A DNA stretch of 64,000 nucleotides from Candidatus Parcubacteria bacterium (GTDB lineage: Bacteria; Patescibacteriota; Minisyncoccia; UBA6257; 2-01-FULL-56-20): assembly GCA_027355945.1 (NCBI GenBank), contig DAIEHA010000003.1, forward strand, positions 5,769 through 69,768. The letters are read 5' to 3'. The notes below the pieces were generated by a model, which saw nothing but the letters and a program-made list of their open reading frames with translations, was not told the DNA's origin and ran no database searches. Of this stretch, positions 1 through 8,526 are shown piece by piece (positions within the stretch are counted from its first letter, which is position 1; every line of letters starts with the position of its first letter). Made by a program: the position numbers and the translations under genes.

Positions 1-1053
1 TCCTGAGCTCCGCGGGATTCAGCGAATAGAGCTCGGCATTCTCGAGCGATACCTCCTTGTTTTTCACGAGATTCACAAGCGAACGGTTGAGCGTCACCAT
101 CCCCTCCTGCAGCGATGTTTCGATCACGAGGTCGATCTGATAGGTCTTGCGCTCGCGGATGAGGTTGCGGATGGCCGGGTTCACGATCATGATCTCGGCC
201 GCCGGAACGCGCCCGCCCGAAATGCGCGGAAGGAGGCGCTGGGACACGATCGCAACGAGCGTCGCAGCGAGCTGGGAGGTCACCTGGCTCTGCTGTTCCG
301 GAGGGAAGGAATCGATGATGCGGTCGATCGTCTGCGCGGCGGAATTCGTATGGAGCGTCGAGAGTACGAGGTGGCCCGTCTCGGCCGCCGTCATCGCGGT
401 CCCGATCGACACGCCGTCGCGCATCTCGCCGACCATGATGACATCGGGGTCCTGCCGTAGCACCGTGCGGAGCGCCGAATGGAATGAAAGTGTATCGTTG
501 CCGACCTCGCGCTGGGAGATCATGCACTGGTCCTGCGTGAAAAGATATTCGATAGGGTCCTCGATCGTGATGACGTGATCGGAACGGGTATGATTGATCT
601 CATCCACGATCGCGGCAAGTGTGGATGATTTACCGTGGCCTGCGGGACCCACGAGGAGGATGAACCCTTGGGAAAGTTTTGAGAGATCGTGAAGGAGCGG
701 CGGAAGATTGAGCTCCTCGATCGTACGGATCTGCGCCGGTACGAGGCGGAGCACTGCGGCAAGGTAGCCGCGCTGGTAATACACGTTCACCCGGAAACGC
801 GCTTTATCCTGGAAACTATATGCAAAATCGAGCTGACGCTGTGCGAGGAGCTTCTGTTTCTGTTCCGCGGTCATAAGTTCACCCACGACCCCTTCCATGG
901 CATCGGGCGTGAGGAGGGGTTCGCTTTGGAGCGGTACGAGCACTCCGTCGATGCGGAGGGTCGGATGGCGCCCGACCGCAAGGTGGAGGTCCGATGCGCC
1001 CTGTTTTGCCGTCGCGGTAAGGAGGCTATTGAGTCGTTGTGTAGAATCGTCCA
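1..1053 (-). CDS. pilT: Twitching-motility ATPase PilT (5' part; C-terminus lies beyond window start)
   Basis: The reverse-strand translation starts with an ATG (complement of 1051-1053) and reads MDDSTQRLNSLLTATAKQGASDLHLAVGRHP. Walker A region and the PilT-type motifs IMVGEMRD and GHLVLSTLHTNSA are present. The ORF runs off the window edge. Confidence 0.85.
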
Positions 1054-1193
1054 TGGACTAATCATAGCACAAAGGAAATCCCCAAGCGCCGAACTGCGCA
1101 TCAAGCTCCTCGTCCTTCATTTTCGAGAAACGCCCCTGTCTTTTTGACGGGGCGGAAGGGATCTTGCGACGGAACGTTGCGGAGCGCGGAACG

Positions 1194-2915
1194 CTATCCC
1201 TCCTCCGTCTCCCTGATGATCTCCTCGATCCCGACGATCCCGCGGAGCGCTTTCACGACACCGTCCTGCCGGAGCGTCGTCATTCCCTGCGCCTTTGCGG
1301 CATCGGTGATCTTTTGCGTGGTGGCGCCTGTCTCGATGACCGCCTGGAGCTCTTTCGTCATCTGGAGCGCTTCGAAGATGCCCGTGCGGCCAACGATGCC
1401 TCTCCCCTTGCAGGTGGCGCATCCTTTGGCATGGTAGATCTTGTAAGGCGCGGAAAAATCCTTGGTGACCTCCTCGGGGAGGCCCTTGAGCGCGCGCGCG
1501 ATGAGGTCCTGGACGTCGGCCGGCGCATCTTCGGCCTCTTTGCAATCGGAACACAGCACGCCGACAAGCCGCTGCGCGATCATGAGATTGAGGGATACGG
1601 GGAGCAGGAATGGTTCCACCTTCATATCGATGAGACGCGGGATGACACCTGCGCTATTGTTCGTATGGAGCGTGGAAAGCACGACGTGTCCCGTGAGCGC
1701 GGCCTGCACGGCAAGTCCCGCCGTCTCGTTATCGCGGATCTCGCCGACCATGATGACATCGGGGTCCTGCCGCAGGATCTGCCGGAGACCGCTTGCGAAA
1801 TCATAGCCGATCTCGGGATGCACCTGCGATTGGTTGATGCCGCTCACGAAATATTCGACCGGATCCTCGAGCGATACGATATTCACATCCTCCTTGTTGA
1901 GGGTCTGAAGGAAGGCGTAGAGCGTGGTCGTCTTACCGGAACCCGTGGGACCGGTGATCAGCACCATGCCGAACGGCTTATTGAGACCATCGACGATGAG
2001 CTTCCTCGTATGCGGCAGAAAATCGAGCCCTTCGAAGCTCTTGAGGCCGGTCGTCGGATCAAGCACGCGGATCGCGATCTTTTCGCCGAGCGGTGTGGGG
2101 AACGTAGCAACGCGGAAATCGATGTCGCGGTCGAATATCCTCGCGCGAAAACGCCCGTCCTGCGGGATGCGCGTCTCATCGATCTTGAGATTCGAGATGA
2201 CCTTCACGCGCGACGAGACCGGCTGGGCAAGCTCCTGGGGAAGCGTGGCCACCGTATGAAGGTCGCCGTTCACGCGAAACCGGATGCGGAGCGATCCGCG
2301 CTGGGGTTCGATATGGACGTCGGATGCCTTGTCCCCCACCGCCTCACGGAACGTATCCGCCACGATTTTGATGATCGGCGCATCCTCATGGGCGCCGCCG
2401 CCCTCGAGCGAGATCGTCCGGTCCCCGCTCGATCCTTCCTTCACGTTGAGGGACTGCACGGCCTTCTCGATCTCGGTACGGTACGGAGAATACCGCGCGA
2501 GGATCTTCTGCCAATCGCCGTATGCCATGAGATATACGCCAAGATTCACGCGGTTCTGACGCGCGATGAACTTGAGGGCCTCCTGGGCCTTGGCATCGTC
2601 AGGATGCACCATTCCCACCACGAGCAGATTGTCCTGGAGCGCGAACGGAGCGAGCTCATAGGTGCGCGCGGTCTCCTCCGGGACCATTGCAAAGAGCTTC
2701 GCATCGATCTGGGCGGCATCCACCTTCTGATACGGCACTTTGAGGAGCTCGCTCTTCAGCTGGGCGACCGCCTCATCGGACACGAGCCGGTCGCGCGAAA
2801 CGATCGCTTCCGGCGTCTCGCCGGCCACGATCGCGTCTCTCTGGATCCTGGCGGCCGCCGTCGGGTTCAGGAGTCCGCGTACCTGAAGCTGTTGAAGGAA
2901 TTCATCCTGGGTCAT
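1194..2915 (-). CDS. pilB: Type IV pilus assembly ATPase PilB (GspE family)
   Basis: 573-aa ORF with GspE N-terminal domain. Contains P-loop GPTGSGKTT, CxxC...CxxC tetracysteine motif (CSDCK...CATCKGRG) and the IMVGEIRD/His-box motifs typical of T2SS-E/PilB. Confidence 0.9.
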   Translation of the reverse strand: MTQDEFLQQLQVRGLLNPTAAARIQRDAIVAGETPEAIVSRDRLVSDEAVAQLKSELLKVPYQKVDAAQIDAKLFAMVPEETARTYELAPFALQDNLLVVGMVHPDDAKAQEALKFIARQNRVNLGVYLMAYGDWQKILARYSPYRTEIEKAVQSLNVKEGSSGDRTISLEGGGAHEDAPIIKIVADTFREAVGDKASDVHIEPQRGSLRIRFRVNGDLHTVATLPQELAQPVSSRVKVISNLKIDETRIPQDGRFRARIFDRDIDFRVATFPTPLGEKIAIRVLDPTTGLKSFEGLDFLPHTRKLIVDGLNKPFGMVLITGPTGSGKTTTLYAFLQTLNKEDVNIVSLEDPVEYFVSGINQSQVHPEIGYDFASGLRQILRQDPDVIMVGEIRDNETAGLAVQAALTGHVVLSTLHTNNSAGVIPRLIDMKVEPFLLPVSLNLMIAQRLVGVLCSDCKEAEDAPADVQDLIARALKGLPEEVTKDFSAPYKIYHAKGCATCKGRGIVGRTGIFEALQMTKELQAVIETGATTQKITDAAKAQGMTTLRQDGVVKALRGIVGIEEIIRETEEG

Positions 2916-2926
2916 TGAACGTGTTT

Positions 2927-3226
2927 CTATGGGACGAGGAACGGATTTGGCCTCACGAGAGCGGCAGGGCCGGTGGACGTGGGCGCGGGAACGGTCGTAT
3001 GGAGGCCGGCGAGCACGGGATCCGCTTCGACGGTCTGCGGTTGAACGGGCGACTGCACGAGCGGCGCCACGGCGCTCAATCCTCCGGCAGCGGGAAGCGT
3101 CACATCCGGTGCGGGCGCAAAGAACATGAAGTAGATGGCGGCGGCAAGCACCACGAGGAACACAAGCCAGCCCGTAAGGCCGATCATAGGCGATCTCTTC
3201 TTATCCTCTTCTACGACGATTGCCAT
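2927..3226 (-). CDS. small membrane protein in pilus operon (hypothetical, Pro-rich C-terminus)
   Basis: 99-aa ORF with one N-terminal TM segment, located between pilO and pilB on the same strand with 10-nt spacers. Confidence 0.5.
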   Translation of the reverse strand: MAIVVEEDKKRSPMIGLTGWLVFLVVLAAAIYFMFFAPAPDVTLPAAGGLSAVAPLVQSPVQPQTVEADPVLAGLHTTVPAPTSTGPAALVRPNPFLVP

Positions 3227-3236
3227 AGTGCGTGAT

Positions 3237-3869
3237 TTAGGATGATTGATAGTATGCGACGACCGTCATATTGGAATTATAAAGGTCCTGAGCGCCGTTC
3301 GCGACCGCGCCGGCCGTCGTCACGGCGGGCACCGGTTTGATGGAAAGTCCCGTTACATCGAAGATGCGCACGTTCGTCTCGAGCCCCTCGAGGAATGTCT
3401 TGAGGGCCTCGTAGCTTCCCGTTGCGGCGATCTGGAATGTGATCGACCCTGCGGGCTGGATGAGCGACGCAAGGTTCGCGGTGCCGCTTGCTGAAGCGGA
3501 GGTGCTCTGCGGTGCAGCCTGGGTCGCGGTCTGGAGGGATACTCCGACGCTTTCTACAATGATGCCGTTCGCGGATGCAAGTCCGTAGATCTGCGCGAGC
3601 GCACCTGCGGTATCGGGACCGACCGGAAGCGCAAGGGCGACCGCCTGGGATGACGAGGATTGGGACCCTTCCGTACTGAGCGCGGCCTGTACCTGCGCGG
3701 CGATCTTCTGCTGGGTGGCAAGGAACTGCTGGTCATTCGCCATGATGCCTTTGAGCGTCATGAGATTGCCGTATTCCGGCTGCACGAAATAGAAGAACGC
3801 GAACACCGCGACCGCGAGAATGAGAAAGGCGAGGAGGATGTTCGAGAATTGTCGGGTGGTCTGTTTCAT
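3237..3869 (-). CDS. pilO: PilO-like type IV pilus assembly protein
   Basis: N-terminal TM helix, coiled-coil segment and C-terminal ferredoxin-like region. Position downstream of pilM/pilN in the same orientation. Confidence 0.65.
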   Translation of the reverse strand: MKQTTRQFSNILLAFLILAVAVFAFFYFVQPEYGNLMTLKGIMANDQQFLATQQKIAAQVQAALSTEGSQSSSSQAVALALPVGPDTAGALAQIYGLASANGIIVESVGVSLQTATQAAPQSTSASASGTANLASLIQPAGSITFQIAATGSYEALKTFLEGLETNVRIFDVTGLSIKPVPAVTTAGAVANGAQDLYNSNMTVVAYYQSS

Positions 3870-3893
3870 GGTTTCGCGAAGTGCGTGGCAGAC

Positions 3894-4466
3894 CTATGGG
3901 GTCTTTGAAAGGAATATGGACGGATTCATGATGAGCGAAAGGGTGAATGCGATCCCCGTCGAGGCGGAGATCCCGTTCTGCGACGCGTTGGCCACGCTTG
4001 CAACGGCGACGCTCGCAACATCCGGAGATCCCTCGAACACGGCGACTTGCTGATTCACATCCGCCTCGGTCTTTGCGATCCCTTTGAGCGTCACGCGGTA
4101 TCCTGAAGCGAGGTCCATCCCTTGGTAATACACATTTGCCTCGGTATTGTTCTCGAGCCACGTGAGGAACTGGGAGTCATATGCGTGATGCGTAAGGATC
4201 GTCTGGAGGTTCGAGATCTGGGAATAGAAGCTGACGAGCTGGGCCTGTTCATCCGGCGTCACCGAGGCGTTGGCCTTGGACACCTCACCCTTCACCGCGA
4301 TGATCTGATTGTTGAGATACGGCTCGTAACCGAACACCATGCCGAAGTACATGCCGGCAATGACGAGAAGGATGCCCACGGAAAAGAGCAGCGTACCGGA
4401 AAAACCCCCGCCGGAGCCTTCGGGTTCCCTTCCGAGCTGTTCTACGACCTGCTGCGGGAGTGGCAT
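3894..4466 (-). CDS. pilN: PilN-like type IV pilus assembly protein
   Basis: 190-aa bitopic membrane protein immediately downstream of pilM. Architecture and synteny match PilN. Confidence 0.65.
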   Translation of the reverse strand: MPLPQQVVEQLGREPEGSGGGFSGTLLFSVGILLVIAGMYFGMVFGYEPYLNNQIIAVKGEVSKANASVTPDEQAQLVSFYSQISNLQTILTHHAYDSQFLTWLENNTEANVYYQGMDLASGYRVTLKGIAKTEADVNQQVAVFEGSPDVASVAVASVANASQNGISASTGIAFTLSLIMNPSIFLSKTP

Positions 4467-4524
4467 TGCCTTTATTGTAGCACAGTGATCGCGCGAAGAC
4501 GTGTGTACAATAGGAGAAACGGGG

Positions 4525-5610
4525 TCAGGATGCCGCCTTCATCCCGAGGCCGAGCGCCACGCTCATAAGAGGATTGAGTTCGGGCACGAACGGCACGATG
4601 TCCTGGGGATATTCGAACTTGGCGAACGGTGCGGCCTTCACGACGGGGATCCCCATTTCCTTCTCGAAATATTTCTCGACACCGAGGAGGTTCGCGCCGC
4701 CTCCGGCGAGGATCACCCGTTCCGCTTTGGATGCCGCGGGAAACTGCTGGATATAGCTGAACTGCGCCTTTTTCACCTCATTCACGATCGCATCGAGGAA
4801 CGGGATCATGATGGACGCGAGCTCATAGCTCGGACCCGTGCCGAGGATGCCGCGCTCCTTCTTGAGCTCTTCCGCACGGAGCGGATTGATGCCGAGCGAG
4901 GTGGCGAGCGCCTGGGTGAGCGAAGCTGCGGCAAAATCGCTTTGAGCGCCCCACGCCATGATCCCCCGCTCGAGAAAGACGATATTCGTCGAACGGCTGC
5001 CGATATCGACGATGATGGAGGAGACGGGATCGCCGCCAAGGAGCCGGGCGATGCTCAGGCTTTCAAGCTCGAGCGTCTTGAGGGTGAGGCCTGCCTTCTG
5101 GAAGATGCGCTGGTATTTCTTTATCTCCTCCTGCGGCACGGAGACAAGAAGGATCTTCTGATGGGCGAACCCTTTATCATCCGTGTAATCCGCGACCTTC
5201 ATCCAGTCGAGCGCCACCTGATCGATAGGGAACGGGACGTATTGGCGCGCCTGATAGACGATGGCCTGTTGGATCTCCTCTGGCTTCATTGCGGGAAAAT
5301 CGAGAAGCGTGGTGAATGCCTCGAAGGGAGGGATGGAGGCCACCGCATCGGTCGCGGAAGATCCCATTTCCCCTATGAGCGCCTTCAGCATCTCCACCGC
5401 ACCCTCTTCGAATATCTTAAGCCCGCTCGTCTGGAGCGCCTGGTTCGCGCGGGCAAGATATCCGCTGGATTCAAGAAGTCCGTAATTCACGACCGAAGGC
5501 CCTTTGGATCCGCGGCGAACCTCTGCGGCCTTGATGGAGGTCGTGCCGATATCGACGCCGAGCAAAGAGGATGAGAGGCTTTTTTGGATGAATGAAAGCG
5601 GGTTTCGCAT
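4525..5610 (-). CDS. pilM: Type IV pilus assembly protein PilM (actin-like ATPase fold)
   Basis: 361 aa. N-terminal LLGVDIGTTSIKAAEV and later IVDIGSRSTNIV phosphate motifs of the FtsA/PilM actin-like family. First gene of the pilMNO-pilB-pilT operon. Confidence 0.85.
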   Translation of the reverse strand: MRNPLSFIQKSLSSSLLGVDIGTTSIKAAEVRRGSKGPSVVNYGLLESSGYLARANQALQTSGLKIFEEGAVEMLKALIGEMGSSATDAVASIPPFEAFTTLLDFPAMKPEEIQQAIVYQARQYVPFPIDQVALDWMKVADYTDDKGFAHQKILLVSVPQEEIKKYQRIFQKAGLTLKTLELESLSIARLLGGDPVSSIIVDIGSRSTNIVFLERGIMAWGAQSDFAAASLTQALATSLGINPLRAEELKKERGILGTGPSYELASIMIPFLDAIVNEVKKAQFSYIQQFPAASKAERVILAGGGANLLGVEKYFEKEMGIPVVKAAPFAKFEYPQDIVPFVPELNPLMSVALGLGMKAAS

Positions 5611-5665
5611 GATGATGTCCTGCTTCTTAAAGGATATTTAACGGCATTCGCTCTACTATCATACC

Positions 5666-6367
5666 ATGGACGCACGCTTCTTCATCGATCTTTTCTTTCC
5701 TGCGGAATGTGCGGCGTGCGGCACGCGGATCACGCACGGGGCGCTCTGCGAAGGATGCCGGATGGACGTCATCCCGCATCGCACCGCGTTCTGCGGAACA
5801 TGCGCGGCGCCGCTTCCCGGGATGAGAAGCATATGCCATCCCCGCGCCCTTTACGTCCTCGGCGCTGCCGGAGATTATGGCAATCCCATCCTCCGCGCGC
5901 TCATTCATGCGCTCAAATTCGAAAGGATGAAGGCTGCCGCAGGCACGCTCGGGGACATCCTCGCGCATTACTGCGCGCGGTTGCCGGTGGATCTCAAAGG
6001 ATTCTCCGTGGTTCCCGTACCAATATCAAAAGAACGCCGACGCGAACGGGGATTCAACCAAACGGAGCTCATCGCTGCGCGCGTTGCGGGGTTCTTCGGT
6101 CTGCCGCTCGAAAGGAACGCGCTCATCCGCGTGATCCACCGCGATCCGCAGAGCGATATCGAAGATCCCGCCGCACGGTACCGGAACGTGCAAGGCTGCT
6201 ATGCAACGGTGCTGCGGCCGGGAGAAAGGACGGGGCGCGCACCCGGAAAGATACTGCTCATCGATGACGTGACGACCTCAGGTGCCACGTTCAGAGAGGC
6301 CTCCGCAACGCTCCGCGCCGCAGGAACAAGGAAGATACTCGCGCTTGCCGCAGCAAAATCGATGTAG
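5666..6367 (+). CDS. comFC: ComF family protein (ComFC-type phosphoribosyltransferase with N-terminal zinc-finger cysteines)
   Basis: N-terminal CxxC...CxxC cysteine pairs (CAACG...CEGC, CGTC). C-terminal PRTase motif ILLIDDVTTSGATF. Divergent from pilM with a 55-bp AT-rich spacer. Confidence 0.85.
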   Translation: MDARFFIDLFFPAECAACGTRITHGALCEGCRMDVIPHRTAFCGTCAAPLPGMRSICHPRALYVLGAAGDYGNPILRALIHALKFERMKAAAGTLGDILAHYCARLPVDLKGFSVVPVPISKERRRERGFNQTELIAARVAGFFGLPLERNALIRVIHRDPQSDIEDPAARYRNVQGCYATVLRPGERTGRAPGKILLIDDVTTSGATFREASATLRAAGTRKILALAAAKSM

Positions 6368-6412
6368 GGATATCGGGGCGCACGGGGGCGCAAGGAGCGC
6401 GGCGGCCTCCGG

Positions 6413-7258
6413 CTACTGCGGGAGAAGCTTCTGGATTATCCCGCTCACGTTGAAGAACTGCTGATAGGTGGACTGGAGGGAATCGAGCGACTGCTTGATG
6501 AGCACAAGCGTCTGATCGGGAGGGAGCGATTGCTGAAGCGCGCTCTGCGCCGCAGCGTTCGCGCTCTTTGCGCTTTCAAAGGACGCATATGCGGCGTTGA
6601 AGGCGTTCTGGAGATCGGCGTTGTTGGACGCACCCTCAAGGAAGGATACTGCCTGCTGTGTCTGGGTCATGCGGCTCCCTGCGATCGAGAAAAGCTCCTG
6701 ATTGCCGGACCAGAGGAGGAAATCACCCACTTGCTGCGCGAGAGGGGCATAGGTCCCTTCCCGCCACGCGAGCACATCGGATGCGATGGCCTTCGTGCCG
6801 GCAAGGCCGGCGGTACCGAGCTTCCCGAGCTCGATCGAGTAAAAGTTCGATGCATCATCGAGTCGCCCCTGCAGCTGTCCTTCGATCGCCTGCTCGGCAA
6901 AGGTGGAGGTTGCCGCAGTGCCGAGGGATGTGCGAAGGGATCCCACTTCATTCTGCGCGCACGCAATCACCTTACCGATGAGCTGCTTCCGCACGGCGAG
7001 CTCCGCCATCATCTCCTCGGAAGGTGCGAGGGTGGGATCGTTCTGGACGGCAGCGATCTTCGCGATATCCTCCTTCGTGATGCCGCATTCGGGAACGGAC
7101 GAGGGCGTCGTCGTAGCGGTCTGCGCATTCGCAATCAATGCGGCTCCCGCCGTATCCGCATGCGCAGCGGGGATCCCGGCCACAAGGAAGGCTGCGCAGG
7201 CCACACCTGCCGCCATTCCTGCAACACCGATCCATCGTATGCGATCCATCGATGACAT
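6413..7258 (-). CDS. secreted alpha-helical protein, unknown function
   Basis: 281 aa with signal peptide-like N-terminus (GVAGMAAGVACAAFLVAGIPAAHA). Ala/Gln-rich helical repeats. No recognisable catalytic motif. Confidence 0.5.
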   Translation of the reverse strand: MSSMDRIRWIGVAGMAAGVACAAFLVAGIPAAHADTAGAALIANAQTATTTPSSVPECGITKEDIAKIAAVQNDPTLAPSEEMMAELAVRKQLIGKVIACAQNEVGSLRTSLGTAATSTFAEQAIEGQLQGRLDDASNFYSIELGKLGTAGLAGTKAIASDVLAWREGTYAPLAQQVGDFLLWSGNQELFSIAGSRMTQTQQAVSFLEGASNNADLQNAFNAAYASFESAKSANAAAQSALQQSLPPDQTLVLIKQSLDSLQSTYQQFFNVSGIIQKLLPQ

Positions 7259-7299
7259 GGTTGGTTATTGATATATAGAGGAGGGTGCGGACGGAGGAA

Positions 7300-7806
7300 T
7301 TATTGGGAAAGCGCCTGGAGCGCGTCATTCACGGAAAGGGAGGTCGATGACGCGGTGGAGGACGCTACGGAACCGGACGCCGTGGAGGACGCGGTCGAAG
7401 AAGCATCCTTTACGGGAAGGGAGAGAAGATGCGCCACCACGCCCGCTTCCGGTGTGGTGGACTGGGGTGCCGTGGAGGTCACCTCGGAATAATCAAGGTT
7501 TGCAAGGCGGATCTGAATATCGATCGCTTGGGCCTCCGCCTGAAGTCCGCTCGGATCGATCACCGAATAACGCACTGGCGCAAGATATTTGTTCCCGGAA
7601 AAGCTCCCGGTCGCAAGGAGAAGGAAGAATCCCGCGAGGACAAGCGCCACCCCGGTCTCAAGCATGCGGAGGAACACCATGATGCTCGTTCCGCGCATAG
7701 GCATCGCCTCCCTCGGATGCGCCAAAATCACCCGCTTGGATTTCTCGGAATAGTGCGGGTCGGGATCGATGCGCCTGAATTGTGTGAAAATATGGGAAAG
7801 TTTCAT
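7300..7806 (-). CDS. putative membrane anti-sigma factor (translationally coupled to ECF sigma)
   Basis: Its start overlaps the stop of the upstream ECF sigma gene by 4 nt. One TM helix, then an S/T-rich extracytoplasmic tail. Confidence 0.5.
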   Translation of the reverse strand: MKLSHIFTQFRRIDPDPHYSEKSKRVILAHPREAMPMRGTSIMVFLRMLETGVALVLAGFFLLLATGSFSGNKYLAPVRYSVIDPSGLQAEAQAIDIQIRLANLDYSEVTSTAPQSTTPEAGVVAHLLSLPVKDASSTASSTASGSVASSTASSTSLSVNDALQALSQ

Positions 7807-8387
7807 TGGATATCGAATGCGATGGACGGATCGCCGGCAAGGGACTTTTTGAGCTCGCGGATCGCCCGATGCTGAAGGAGCTTCACGGCACCCTCGGATT
7901 TTCCAAGCGCTGCCGCAGATTCCTTGAGGGACATGTCCTCGACGAAGCGGAGGATGATGACATCTTGATAGTCAGGCCTCAGGCGAGCCACCGCGGCACG
8001 CACCGTTTCGAGCTCGATCTTCGCTTCGATATTGCCCGCATGGTCCACTGCGACGGCAAACGATTCGGGATCGGCTTTTTCGATGCTCACCTCCCCTTTC
8101 CGGTTCGCGCCCGCACGATAATGATCGATGATCTGGTTCCGTGCGATGCGATACAGCCAACTCGAGAACGGAAAGCCCTTGTGCCGATAGGTTCGGACGC
8201 TTTGCCACGCCGAAAGGAAGACCTGATGGGTGATGTCCTCGGCCTCCTCACGACGCCCCACTTTGATCATTACAAAGCGATAGATCATCGCCTGATAACG
8301 GTCATAGAGAACGCCAAAGGCCGAGGAATCACCCCCGACGGCCGCCTTTATGAGATCCAGTTCCTGGTTGTCGCCGCCGTCTACCAT
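7803..8387 (-). CDS. RNA polymerase sigma factor, ECF (sigma-70 region 2/4) family
   Basis: Region 2 (YDRYQAMIYRFVMIKVGRREEAEDITHQVFLSAW) and region 4 (MSLKESAAALGKSEGAVKLLQHRAIRELK) motifs. The ORF is open up to 8486. The internal Met at 8387 is chosen as the start, which is uncertain. Confidence 0.8.
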   Translation of the reverse strand: MVDGGDNQELDLIKAAVGGDSSAFGVLYDRYQAMIYRFVMIKVGRREEAEDITHQVFLSAWQSVRTYRHKGFPFSSWLYRIARNQIIDHYRAGANRKGEVSIEKADPESFAVAVDHAGNIEAKIELETVRAAVARLRPDYQDVIILRFVEDMSLKESAAALGKSEGAVKLLQHRAIRELKKSLAGDPSIAFDIQ

Positions 8388-8526
8388 AGAAAACGTTGAA
8401 AATGTGGATAAGTTACTGTCGCGTCCCATCAAAAAAGCCCTCACCGGGCATATCTCCATAATAAGCCCCATTCCCTCAAAAGCCAAATACAGGAACTTGC
8501 GGAGGGTATGTTATTATTGAGGCACT

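Noticed and set aside
1164-2918. 584-aa plus-strand ORF fully overlapping pilB
   Set aside because: It is antisense to a gene with clear GspE motifs. Its composition is Arg/Asp/His/Leu-rich and low-complexity, typical of GC-driven shadow ORFs.
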